Of a stretch of DNA of 64,000 nucleotides, positions 1-11,872 are shown piece after piece. Source of the DNA: Amphiscolops sp. MND2022. Taxonomy: Eukaryota. The stretch is from positions 49,106,001 through 49,170,000 of the forward strand of contig OZ076409.1 of the NCBI GenBank assembly GCA_964187785.1, in the 5' to 3' direction. The position numbers and the translations under genes were made by a program. The notes under the pieces were generated by a model, which saw nothing but the letters and a program-made list of their open reading frames with translations, made no database searches and was not told where the DNA came from. Numbering within the stretch: position 1 is the first letter of the stretch; every line of letters begins with the position of its first letter.

Positions 1-2267
1 TTTGCGATGCGAGAAAAAATGTGTTAGGGGCGGTCTTACAACAGTGCGAAGAAAAGAAATGGAAACCATTTTCATATGCGTCTAGATTTTTAACGCAATT
101 AGAGGCCAAATATTCAATACACGAATTAGAGTTATTAGCTGTAGTTTGGTCCGTAGAACATTTTAAAAGTTATGTATATGGGGTTTCCTTCGGCATAGTT
201 TCTGATCATAAAGCGTTACAACGTGTTTTAAAAACGAACAAAGGAAACAAAACATACTCTAGTCGACTAACGCGTTGATTTGATAGACTTTTGCCTTTTG
301 AATTTTCAATTGTACATACTCCAGGTAGAACGCTAGGCATGGCAGATTATCTATCAAGTTACCCGTCGGAATACGAAGGCGCCGTCGCAAAAGCGGAAAA
401 ATTATTTAATGATTGGCTTTTTATTAACGTAGTGGACGAAGTTTCACCAAAACTACCACGATTGGCAGATCAGCGTAAGCCAATCAAAATGCGAGAAAGC
501 GAGAAAGTGAAAAGAACGAACGCAAGCGGCGTGTTGACAGTTCATGAGCCTGTGCAAACAATTAAACTGAGAAGAGAAGTCGCTAAGACGCCGATTAGTG
601 AAACAATGGCAGAGTTCAAAGGCTTATCAAATTCCAAAATAAGCAACGATTACGTAAAAACGAACGCGGAAAATGACCGTACAATCTGAAAAAATATCCA
701 ATTAGTCCAAAACAGGAACAATGCTGTTACTGCCCGCCTTGCCCCTCCTTGGAGGGAAAGATTTCATTCCTTCGCGGTCGACTCAAACGGCCTCCTTTAT
801 TTGAATAACCGTCTCGTCATACCTAAAGATATGAGAGAAAACATTCTACGGGCAATTCATTACGGCCATGCGGGAAGGGACTCTATGCTAAGAGAAGCAT
901 CAGATATTTGGTGGCCCCGCATTCACAGGAAGATCGTTGAGAAGGCGCGAAACTGTCGAGAATGCCAATTAGCAGGTAAGAATTTAAAATGCTTAAAGTC
1001 ACAAAACGAGTTTGGAAAGATCTGAAGCCAGAGGCATCTGAAGCAAATGAAGAAATTTCCTGAGACTTCGCAGGACCTTCTCAAAATGTAAATAGCAAGA
1101 AAAAGTATTTACTAGTGTCCGTAGATTACACTTCAGGATGGCCTCACGCAATGTTCCTACCAAACCCTAACACTGAAAAAGTTATTGAATTTTTATAAGA
1201 ATATACCTCAAAAAATGGAATACCAAAAAGAATCCGGACAGATCCCGGAACGGGATTTAAAAGTGAGGAGTTCAAACAATTTCGCAAAGAAAAATTTATA
1301 GACCATGTAATTTGCCCGGCAAGAGATCACAGAGGAAATGGGAAAGTTGAAAGAATGATACGCACAATAAATGAAAGATTGAGAACCAACAAAAGCATCT
1401 TAGTGTCGAAAGATAAGAGCGGAATATCAAACATCTTATTTGCGCTAAGATCAGAAAAGGGAATTGACGGAAAATCGGCGTTCGTAAGAAAAAACGGAAG
1501 AAGTCCAATCACTTTGAAATCGCGAATCCTTGAAAAATGTATTTTACAGCAAGACCCAAAGATCAAGATAGAGTCCGAGGATTTCAGCGACGAGGTCAAC
1601 TCCACAATCTTAGTCCGAGAGAGAGTCCGAGGAACTAAGTTGAAGGGGGCAATCAAAAAAGTGCGCGGAAAGGTCTTAAAGCAATCAAACCACACAATAA
1701 CATTAATTCTGAGAAGTGGCAAACAACGGGGAAATGCCAAGTTCCAGCAAAACGCCAATACAAAACAAAAAGGTAAGCGAGACAGCAAAGAACAAAAGAC
1801 CCCAAAAGAAAAGAGGTTTAGAAAATCAAGACCTTTGCCAGCCAAAAAGTAAAATTGTAAATAAACCTGTATATACTGAAGAACCAACGGACGAAGATAG
1901 CGATCAACAAGAAGAGATCCAAACCATGACCCAAAACGCAATGCCTGTACAAAAGGAAGCAATAGAAAGCAACCCACGGAACCAATCACAAAATGAAGAC
2001 GAAGAAACAAACGAAGACCAAATAAATGAACCACCAAAAATTCCTGTGAAAGGAACAGCGAAATGGGAGAAGAAAGCCTCAGAACGGAGAGCCTCAGAAG
2101 GAACAACAAAGAAACGAGATAGATGGGGAAACAATGTGATGATCACTAAAGTAGAAAAAGTGTCTAATGATGAAGAGAATGAAAGCTTGCCAAGTGTCTT
2201 CGAAATAAGACCTCGCCAAGAAGAAGAAACCTCCAAAAGAAAAACCACTTTTAAAAAACTTTGTTAA
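1..2267 (+). mobile_element. Decayed Ty3/Gypsy LTR retrotransposon pol (RNase H and integrase), broken by stops and frameshifts
   Basis: RNase H-type motifs in ORF 21-278 (YASR...YSIHELELLAVVWSVEHF...SDHKAL), MADYLS in 291-689, integrase HHCC zinc finger (HYGHAG...CREC) in 801-1025, and GKVERMIRTI near 1340. Confidence 0.85.
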
Positions 2268-2467
2268 TTTGTGTTGTTATTAACCAGTTACGTGTTAGTC
2301 TAACGGAGTTGTGTAATGTATAAAAACACAAGTCAAAACTTTATGTTGCTATTACTTAAAATTAGTGCAGCGTAATCTGATTGAGTTACTGATGTCGAAA
2401 AAATTACAATTGAGTGAATTTGGTATATATACAATTGTTCCCCCTTTTCTCCTAATAGAGAGGGAAG

Positions 2468-2687
2468 TGTGGTAGAGCGCAATTTTGTCACCGTCACTTG
2501 TGTAAATGAAGTGAAAATAGTTTAATTAACAACAACCTGCCAAAAGATGCCAAAGTGGCAAAAACACAAATATAGCCACATACACAAGATGCGTCATTCA
2601 ATTCAGTATTACATCCCGTTACTGTTTTCACTCCTTCAAGCTAGAATTCTCTAAGCTATTACACGTACACTCAAAGTTTCATCTACA
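2468..2687 (+). repeat. Putative 3' LTR of the Gypsy element
   Basis: Polypurine tract AGAGAGGGAAG (2457-2467) is followed directly by TGTGG. A CA end at 2687 coincides with the switch to BEL-like sequence. The right boundary is inferred. Confidence 0.5.
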
Positions 2688-4095
2688 GAAACCACCAGGC
2701 TGCGTAACCGAAAACTCTGCGAATGAACGCCGTCGGTGTAAATGAAATAAAAAGTACCTTCCACGTGGACAGTACCCTGTAATACCTTCGGCCAGATGCC
2801 TGGATTTCTTGATACTTTTGTGGACTCCTCTCAGGAAACATGAGCGAGTGTTCTCCTCGGTATCCGCAACTGGTAGTTGCAATCAACTTTGTGGTTTCGT
2901 ATTCCTTCCAAACAGGGCTATGAGACATTACGAAGGATTTACTTGGTTCCAGATGCTGCTCATTGAGAGGAACCCCCTCCAAAATTACCTTTGTCAATGA
3001 TTTTTTGACAATACTGTTTTGCAAGAACATTGTTTGTTTTCATCACAAAGAAGTTGTTTGAGAGCAGGTTTGCTGAACGTCCAATACCGGAAACCAACTA
3101 AGACCCATTGGAAGTAATTGCGAAATCAGAGTCTTTGAGAGGATTTCGAATTTCGGCATTACTATTGTGACAAATATGTTGCAAACAAGATGAATGATCG
3201 GGATTGAATTTAGATTCTGGATAGGTCCAAACTTTTTCTGTTTTCAGAAAAACCCCAAACTTACTGTCATCATTTTAGTCAAAATTAAAATTATAGCAAT
3301 CCTGGTTGAAAGGAGACAGTTCTTGAGTAATTACGCCTGAAATAGTCAAGCATTAGGTATTTTCGGCTATGGCAAGCGTGATAATTTTGATAATTTTGTC
3401 TTGAGTATTTTAGTATATATAGAGTGACTCCACAGACGATTTCGCAACGTTCCACTGCGAAGATGATTGTCCCCTCCAATGATTCTTTCATTAGAACTCC
3501 TAATCTGTGGGCCGAATTTCTTAAAGTACTAGTTGCAATGGAGCTAATGTGAGCACACGTGTCAAAAAGAACTCTAAGTTACAGTTTTGTTGCTTCTTTT
3601 ATCTGGAACTTCGACTTGAGCTGTTGGTGGAAGTGAAACCTTTTCTGACATTTCATGATTTGTTTCAATGTTTAGCGTATTATGAACTTCGGTACAAATA
3701 TGTACAAAAATTGACTGATTGTCGTTTTTTCATGCAAAAAAAAAGAAAAATACTTGGACCGACAAGTCTTGTACTTTGACTGTGAAATACATCTTGCTGG
3801 GAGAAGGCCCTATCGGAGATAGTTGAAGCAAAATTCACGTTGAATGACTGTTTGTTGACGTTCTTTCAGTATTTGTGCTTGAACGAAGTGACATTTCAAA
3901 ATAGCTCGTTCAGGTTTGTAAATTGAAAAAGGACAGTGCTGTGGTGAAATTTTTCTCTGTGGAAGTAGGATGAATAGTGCTTGTCACAACATTTGATTGA
4001 TTTGCTGAACTAAACTGATTGTATTCCCAATTGACTTCTGTGATCAAAAGATGTATGTCACAATCCAACACTTCATCTCCGGAGGCATTCTTTTT
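2688..4095 (-). mobile_element. Heavily decayed BEL/Pao retrotransposon fragment (gag zinc knuckles to start of RT)
   Basis: Minus-strand SFVMSHSPVWKEYETTKL resembles the Pao RT motif YLPHHxVxKxxxTTKLR. Around 3760-3930, LKERQQTVIQREFCFNYL..G....C resembles Pao gag knuckles. Confidence 0.5.
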
Positions 4096-4099
4096 TTAG

Positions 4100-5722
4100 T
4101 TTCAGTCTTCATTGGGAAACTGCCCAGAAACAGCTGTAACTATCGATGAAGCCCATTGCATAGCAAAAACTCTCGTGAGATTCCTGCAGAATAGGTCCGA
4201 GCACGACTGTGTAAACGATACCCAGTTTCGTTTTCCCTCGAGTGCCCCACGTCCTTGGAACGGATTCCCGCTTCCCCTTCTCAGTAGAGCACATGTTGCA
4301 GTTCGTCTTCTTTTCAGAGCCAAGGAAGTTCTTGCTCACTACCTAGCTGACACATCTTACCACCTGTTCTGCCGGGTGCTTGATAGATGAAGAATTTCTT
4401 GTCAGTGACCCCGGATTGAGCCATACACTGAAAAGTTGGTTGTCTGTCATCCTTGGCACCACAGTTCTATTGTGCATCTTAAAGGTTGGATCGTCATTCA
4501 GCTAGATGATTGCCCCCTTGTCTGTCAATCACTTTACTGACACCAGATTCTTCGCCAGGATGGCACCCAGAAGGCTTTCCTCAGTTCCAGTATACATGAA
4601 CTGCCCGAAATTTTTTTCACCCAGCATCGCACTGTCCCGCGTCCTCTGATCTCTGAACGACTGCGGTTAGCCTTGCATACGTCTGCAAAAAACCCTCGTC
4701 CAGATCAGAGAACATCTCTTTGTTTTTCATCATGAGGTTGTTGCAACCGGAGTCATTGAGAAACTTGTAGCATGCAGCTCTGAAAGCCCCGAAGCTGAAG
4801 AAATCCACTGATGAATGTCTGCTGCTGGATTGACACGAGCCACATCCTCCATTTGGATGTCACTTCCTACAAGATGGAGCCAGATGTCTTTTCTGACCAC
4901 AGTTGAAGCAGGTCCTCGTCTCCTGACTATGGCAGGCCTTAGCTCGGTGTCCCATCTTCCACTCTTGAAGCACTATGGGCTTCCTCCCGGCTGAGCGAAA
5001 TGCTCTTATGGAGGTCTCGCTGGAAACACAAAGACCCCTGGTTGCTGCCAAGTTGACCAAGTCCTGCTTCATCTCGTAGTACCACTTTTCTGTACCGAAG
5101 TTGAGGACTGACACGACACTGTCGAAGTCACGTAGAACATCTTTGAGAATCGTCGCTGTGAAAAAGAGCATCAGAGACCACTTGACCCCGTTTTAACCAG
5201 ATCCAGTTTGAGCCCTGCTGCTTTTGTGAGGTAGTCTCCTTCTCCCCTGATTTCATCTTGAGACCAGAGAGCAGTATCATATGCGATTGAACACGACACC
5301 GTTTAGTTGCCTCGAGGAGCTCTGTCAAAGCTGTCCAGAGGCTGCAGTCATATTCGGCTTGTGCCCTCTGATGGAATTGTTGCTTGCCTTGTCAAGGCAC
5401 TGAACCAGCTCGCACCACACCACATCATGTACTGGAGTTTGGCTACAGCTGCTTCTTCCCCTCTGACTTGACACGTTCGTCATTCGTCTCCACGTCGTTT
5501 TGAGGTGTTGTTTTGATTCTGTCCAGAAGGCAGTCAGAAAGTCCCAGGATATAGACTTTTGCTTCGAACTGCTCCAGAAAAGCGGGGAAGTCATTCTCTC
5601 GTCCACTAAACAGCAGCTTCCTTTGCCGAGAGCGTTGTGGTGCCGTCATCGGTATCTGCGCTGATGAGACTATGATCAGCTCAATTGATGGCGTCGTCTA
5701 TGAATCTGATGGGCCCATAACC
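4100..5722 (-). mobile_element. Decayed Ty1/Copia retrotransposon (PBS, gag, protease, 5' integrase)
   Basis: PBS GGTTATGGGCCCA (5710-5722, minus); gag start 5443-5649; knuckle CFNCGQKRHLAPSC; protease FLNDSGCNNLM; integrase C..C...GPILQES...FIDSYS in 4109-4339. The order PR then INT is Copia-type. Confidence 0.85.
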
Positions 5723-5784
5723 TTCTAAATCGTGAAGAATTGAATTGAGGTTGATTAGTCATGAGAAGAATTGGTTTAGGTGAT

Positions 5785-6215
5785 GGGGTGTTTTGAGATC
5801 GAATTTTTGTGTGATCAAAAAAGCGAGATCGAACTTGGATCGAAAATTTCGAGATCAAATTGTTTCGTTTTTGGTAAACTTTTTCTCCTGCAAAGCGTTG
5901 AAAAGCGTTTAAAGTATTTCAGGTACTTTTCTCCACCCGATATGGAGCCATATACGGTGTATGGACACTCGCCCTCACCGTCGCAAAGACCAGTTCTCAC
6001 TACGACCGCTTCGCGATCTCTGTTTCCGCTAGGTCTTTGCTCCTCTTCGAACTCGCTTAGCAAAATGGGAACATAAACGGCCCAAAGGGGTCGTGGGGCA
6101 CTAGAGGAAATGGGGGGCATATCTGAGGGCCAGAAACATTGTTATTTAAAAAAAACTAAGTTTTTGAAAACATCGATTCGATTTTCTTTTCTTCGACCAC
6201 TTTACTTCGATCTCT
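5785..6215 (+). mobile_element. Non-autonomous core-B element with GATCGAA arm arrays
   Basis: The ~170-bp core at 5958-6129 matches copies at 19380, 22925 and 24184. Arms carry GATCGAA/TTCGA(T/C)C repeats. Right terminus and TSD were not found. Confidence 0.6.
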
Positions 6216-6244
6216 GTGACAGATTGCATACTCAGTGACAGATT

Positions 6245-6720
6245 GAGAGTAAGTTTGTAAAAAAAAGATAGTATGTTCGTAGAAAAAAATACTACAAACC
6301 TACGCACCCATAGTAAGTTTGTAGGACCTTACAAATTTGCTTTCGAAAAACTTACTATAATCCAAAGGTAGACAGTAAAGTTGTAAAAAAACTAACTTTG
6401 TGGAAGTATGGTTATAGAAAACTGATAGTAAGTTCGTTGAAAAAGAGGTTTACAAATTGTACAATTTTACGCACCCAGAGTAAGTTTGCAGAATTCTACA
6501 AACTTGCTTTCTACACATTTACTCTAGTCCGCTGCGGCTCATCGTTCGATCAGTGCCGCCTAGCGAGGCGGATGGCCAACCTTGATGATTTTGTCGTCGT
6601 TGTCGTTTGGCTCAAAATAATAAACCAAGTGACTCGTTGAAAAAAATGAGCCACTTGCCTTCAAATCAAGTAACTTGTAACCAAAATTTTGCATAAAATT
6701 TTGAAGAAAAAGTGACATGA
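6245..6720 (-). mobile_element. Probable divergent relative (core C) with an AGTAAGTTTG arm array
   Basis: AGTAAGTT(T/C)G repeats at 6249-6490. ATTTACTCTAGTCCGCTGCGGCTC (~6517-6540) resembles the core-B block ATTTCCTCTAGTGCCCTGCGGCCC. Hairpin CCGCCT-AGCG-AGGCGG follows. Confidence 0.4.
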
Positions 6721-8738
6721 AAGTAGACTCAAAAGGAGTTTGAATTCTACTGATGCATATGTCAAAGTCATTAGCTTTTCATAGATTTTGCGTGCATCCC
6801 AAGATGGCCCCTTATTCATCGCCAGCCATGCGAAAGCTCTTTTGCGCCGATATTTTAGGTTTTCTTTCGTGGCCCTATGCAGCTTTCTTGACGAAAACGG
6901 AGTATACCGATGTGCACCGTCCCTTTTCCATAACTATTCAGCTGAAGTGTTGATTCTTGAGTAGTGCCGACCAACTCAAACGGGACGAGGCAGTCCTTGA
7001 ACAAAGATGCTTGAATAAGATATATTGGGTACCCACAGATAAACGGACGGTACACACAACTTGAGGATAACCTCTTGTCACGACCCGCTCCCGGTTGGTG
7101 TTTTACATGCCACGAGGGTATCCCCAAATTCAGAAGTGCAGTGGGCCATGGCTGATCGAAAAACTACTGAGTATATATATCAACTTACTTTCACTTAATT
7201 TGTAGCACGTTAAAGTACTAAATGCAAAAGGAAAATTACAACAAACGCTGTTGTTATGTAACATTTTCAAAAGTGATGTTTGACAAACCAAAACTTCCGG
7301 TCTATTATTTCACAACTAAAAGCCTCTACTTCCGGTCTCAGTCCGTACGGTTTTTCCATATCATTCCAAACAATTGGAAGAAATAAACAAATCAAATAAG
7401 ATTAATTGTTTTCCGCCTTGAAAAACAAAACAGAGATCAATATTTGAATCCGTGATCTGAACGGATCACATTGTCAGATCTAAAAAAGAAAAAGACGAAA
7501 CACAATGGAAAGGGCACAAAGTGTTTGACGGGGCTGTAAAAATCTATTCAGACTACAATTGCGTAATCTAAATAAATATTAACAAAATAATGGATGCGGC
7601 TTAGACTGGGGCCAGTGATTTGCATTTTCTATTTTTCCGGACCAAAAGCGTTGCACCTAAGACCAGCATATTTGCGCTCAAACTAGTAAGAATTATTCAA
7701 ATGACGTCACTAACAATGATTTGGAATGACTTCGTTGCTCCGCTATCCCTCCGTTGCTAGCTAACTTGCTCTAACCTTAATACGTACGGAGCAACTACGG
7801 AGCGAATAGTAAAGCTAAAGATTGTTAAGTTAGATATTACCAATCTTATTACGTACGGAGCAGTTACGGAGCAGATTGTAAGGTTGACACCAGTTAAGGC
7901 TGCGATAACTAATCTTGATATACACGAAATTCACGGAACAATTGGAAATTTAAAGTTCCAAAAACATTCTGCTCCGCTTACTTTCCGTCGTGCAATGGAT
8001 TTTTGTAAAAACAGTGCTGCAGGTTAAGAAAGGAGGATTGCCCATGTGTACTATCAGAAGTGCTCTCCTCTAAACCGAAATTATTCGGGAATATATAATT
8101 AGTTAGTTAGTATTATGTTCGATGATGCATTTGGACTGTGCTGAGTCCAAGTTATACATGGAAACCTTGTTGTTAAATTAATTATTGTTTGCTGATTCTA
8201 GGCATCATTTGTTCTTCCCATTGTATAGCTCGAACATTTTTCCGGCATTTTGAAATACGATTATCCCGTAAAGGCGTCGGAATCATTTTTGCTTCTCATT
8301 CTTTTGCGAAACTTGATCTGTTGCTGACTACACGAAGAATTATTGGTCACGCCAGCGTACTTTCTTCGGAAGAACTTTAACTAGACTTTTTTTGCTGCCA
8401 TTTCTTTGACTAAATTGGAAATAGAATTGTTGAACAGAAATGATTCCAACAGACACTCCCTAAAGGAGTCGAAATGAGGATTTTTCAAACCTGAACTAAT
8501 GATCGAAGGGCTGAAATAAGAAGGACGATTAAGCTCTTTTTAGTGAACAAAACCAGTTTTTAAGATTCCTAGGAATTTTTAGGTGAAGAACAAATGATGC
8601 TGAGAAAGTATATATATCTAGAGCACATGTAAATATACATTCAATCCTTTGCTGTTACGTGAATAGAACGTTGTAAACAAAACATTTTCTTTGAAGATTT
8701 TCCAGAATTCCAAAGAACTTTCTTCCTCTTTTTTCAAA

Positions 8739-9740
8739 ATGACTACTAGAAACCAGAAAAGGAAAGCTGTAGAAGAATTAGTTTCTGTTGACCAAGGGAC
8801 CCGTTTGAGTGGAAATAATCAGAGTGAAAACCCCGGTTTCCAGTCAAAATCTATAAAAAAGCTATTTTATAACAAGTGACTTTCTGGATTTGTCTATAAT
8901 TTTTAGGTCACTTGCTATAAAAAAACTATAGCAAGTGACCATCTATAATTTCCCTAAATAATAGCAAATGACCTGGTCCTGCTCGTCAGTCACGTGACCA
9001 AACTTTCATTCAATGAGCCAATCAAACTGAATAAAACGAATTCAGCACAAGCGACGAACTAATTACGATAACGTAGTCAGATATGTTCACATACTCCTAG
9101 TGCCATCCTCAAATCCAGGAGCGAAACGAAGCGGAGCGATGTGCCATATGGCCATGCCTCAATGGCGAAGGGAGCGAAGCGACCGAGCCATACAACAAAT
9201 ATGCCAACCTCTTCAAATTATAGTCTGAAATCAATCGCTGATATGAAAAGTTCTTTCGACGTTTTGAATAGTTTTGATTTTTTCGACGGTTTGTATATTC
9301 TACGATTTGAATGGTCACCATATCAGGTCACTTGCTATAATATTTTAGGTCACATACTATAATCTATATTATAGCAAGAGACCTGTGTATCTTATAGCAA
9401 GTGACCTGTCTATATTATAGCAAGTGACCTGTAGCGAAAATCCCGTAGTCGGAACGAGTAAATCGGCAAAGGTTCTAACTGAGAATTTAGAGGAAATAAA
9501 ATCAACTCTTAGGAAAGAGATTCACTCTGACCCCACAATACTCTTAGCTGAAAACCAAAAGGAAAAGCTCAAATTAATAGCATCTGTTGCCAAAAAAAAA
9601 CAAAAAAACTCTGACCGTTCCCTGAGAATCTGATTCTGAATCCGAAGACGTTCTGTCAGCAGTAACATCTACACCCGTAAAAGCTAAAACCACTACCACT
9701 ACTCTGAAAATTACTCCGGTAGACAGTCGTAACAACTCGG
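8739..9740 (+). mobile_element. Decayed gag-like N-terminal ORF of a probable LTR element, split by an insertion
   Basis: MTTRNQKRKAVEEL...SENP (8739-8834) joins in frame to VVGTSKSAKVLTENLEEIKSTLRKEI (9445 onward) once the insert and one TSD copy are removed. The gag assignment is by general resemblance only. Confidence 0.4.
8835..9435 (-). mobile_element. Non-autonomous core-A element with TATAGCAAGTGACC arm arrays and 9-bp TSD
   Basis: TSD GAAAACCCC (8826-8834) / GAAAATCCC (9436-9444). The core at 9070-9200 matches 16908-17042 in reverse. Confidence 0.7.
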
Positions 9741-10069
9741 GAATGTTTACAAATTTGAAACATTTTGTCACTGAAATGAAGCTGCTGACATTGTAATTGT
9801 GGTGGCTCGGTGGAAACTTGCAGGGGTCTTTCCACCTCGATAGACACTGAATCACGTTGTAAGTAGCTCCTTCTTTGAGAGCTGCGTAAATGTTCTTTTG
9901 CAGATTGTTAGTAAATTGAGATATCACGCGACACGTATTATGCCCAATTCCATTTATTCCGGCAGTGTGTAGTAGTCGCGGCTAATTCTCGTGGAAAAGG
10001 ACATTTGCGTCAGTTAACTAATTCGGCAAAATGTGACGCCAGATTTGCAATCACACGCACTCTGCATGT

Positions 10070-11703
10070 AGCGAAACCTCTCATCTAATCTTCGGAGATG
10101 AAGTAATTCAATCGCAACAGGGCTGTCAGCAAGGGGACCCCGAAGGTCCAGCTCTCTTCTCCGACACTATTCAAGACCTCGTTAGCCAAATGGTTTCGCA
10201 ATATTATGTTTGGTACCTCGACGACGAAAATCTTTCGGATCACATCGGACGGTCCTTGAGGACCCCAAACGAATCATTGCTAGCGCCGACGAGTATGGGT
10301 TGTCTCCCGAAAAAAAACTAAATGTTACCTGATTTTTCTCGGAAAATGTACCGAAAGTTCAAAAAAGAGACTAAAAACGCTTTCGAAGAAATTTGCCCCG
10401 GTATCAAAGTATAGGAACATGAGAATTTGGAAATTTCAGTGTCGCCAATGGGCGCAAATGCTCGTCGAGTCCAGTTGAACAAAAAATGATTGAATTGCAA
10501 AGACTCTCTGAAGATGTTACGAAATTCCCACTATGGTTTCTACCTGTTTAAGAACTGTTTCAGTCTACCGAAACTACTGTACTTTCTTCGCGCCAGCCCT
10601 TGCTTTGAAGAGTTGGATCTCTTACACCAATATGATTCCATTAACTGCAAATCATTGTCCAAAAGCTTTAATGTCAATTTTATTGAAAGCAGCTATACTC
10701 AGGCGATTCTCCCAGTCTCCAAAAGGAGCATAGGCATCACATCGGCTTCCCAGATTGCTCTTTCTGCTTTTTTAGCTTTAGCAACGGGCGCCAAATGTGC
10801 TCTGTCTTATATCCTCCCGGAAGACTATGTTGATGCATCTTTGAAAATGCATTAAATTTGTGGCTGACGAAGGCGAACCTATCAGAAGCACCGTCGGACT
10901 TCATCCAAAAACATTGGTCGTCTCCTTTGAGTGATGCTACTTTTGATCAACTTATAACAGACCTTGATGTGGAAAATGTCAGAAGATTGAACTCTTACCA
11001 AGACCCCTTTGGTTCCGCTTGGCTGAATGTTGTACCAAACAAAAATCTCGGTCTGAAGTTAACAGTTCAGCAACTGTGCATCTCGTTATCCCTTCGCCTG
11101 GGCGGGAAAATTTGCGAGAAACACACTTGCCGTTGTGGTAAACTTGTCGAAGAGAACGGACAACATGGTCTTTCCTGTGCCAAAAGCGCGGGACGTTTCT
11201 CGAGGCCCCACAACCTTAATACTCTAGTGAAACAGGCGCTGAGTTCCATCAAAGTTCCCTCAATTCTGGAACCAAATGGGCTGACCCGAACAGACGGAAA
11301 GGGCCCAGACGGAATTACCCTTGCGCCCTGGGAGGAAGGCAAGCAATTACTTTGGGTTGTTACTTGTGTCGATCTTCTTGGCCCCAGCAGAATAGAGAAC
11401 GGATCTGTTGCCAACCCAGGCACAGTAGCTGAGGATGCAGATGAATTGAGAGCAGCTAAGTACGTTTGTTTGACTGACATAGGATACATCTTCCAACCCT
11501 TAGCCTTTGAAATTCAGGGAGGAGTCGGACCTTCCACGTCCACGTTCTTAAAGAACCTGTGTAAAAAACTGTGCGTGTTGAACCAGGAAAATAGAGCCGG
11601 ATCAATTTTCAGGCAGAGACTCTCTCTCGCAATCCAGGCAGGCAATGCAGCCAGTGTAGTTGGAACGGTTGGCGACGAAGACCACTTAAGCGAACTTTAC
11701 TAA
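10070..11703 (+). mobile_element. 5'-truncated, decayed CRE-like non-LTR retrotransposon (RT plus CCHC plus restriction-like endonuclease)
   Basis: GCQQGDPEGP and VWYLDD near 10120-10225, LPKLLYFLR, SAWLNVVP, HTCRCG...HGLSC, (R/G)PDG...W.VT, and RQRLSLAIQAGNA in ORF 10858-11703. Confidence 0.85.
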
Positions 11704-11872
11704 TTTTGGAAAAACCACCTCGAGGAGGTAAACGTCAGAGATCATCACTCAGTGCAATTATCAACAAGCGTATTTGAGATGGTGTCATTGAGAAAAGACC
11801 GAAAACCGCAGCAGAAAAGCGAGTTAGATTGACGACTGTGTTCCATTTGCACTAAATTAGACAAAGGTAATG

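Noticed and set aside
1327..2248. Long hydrophobic minus-strand ORFs (260 aa, 114 aa)
   Set aside because: They are antisense shadows of A-rich Gypsy sequence.
6855..7340. ETS-like ACTTCCGG pair and 90-aa minus ORF as a gene start
   Set aside because: There is no ATG in frame, no recognisable protein, and the region sits inside the TE nest.
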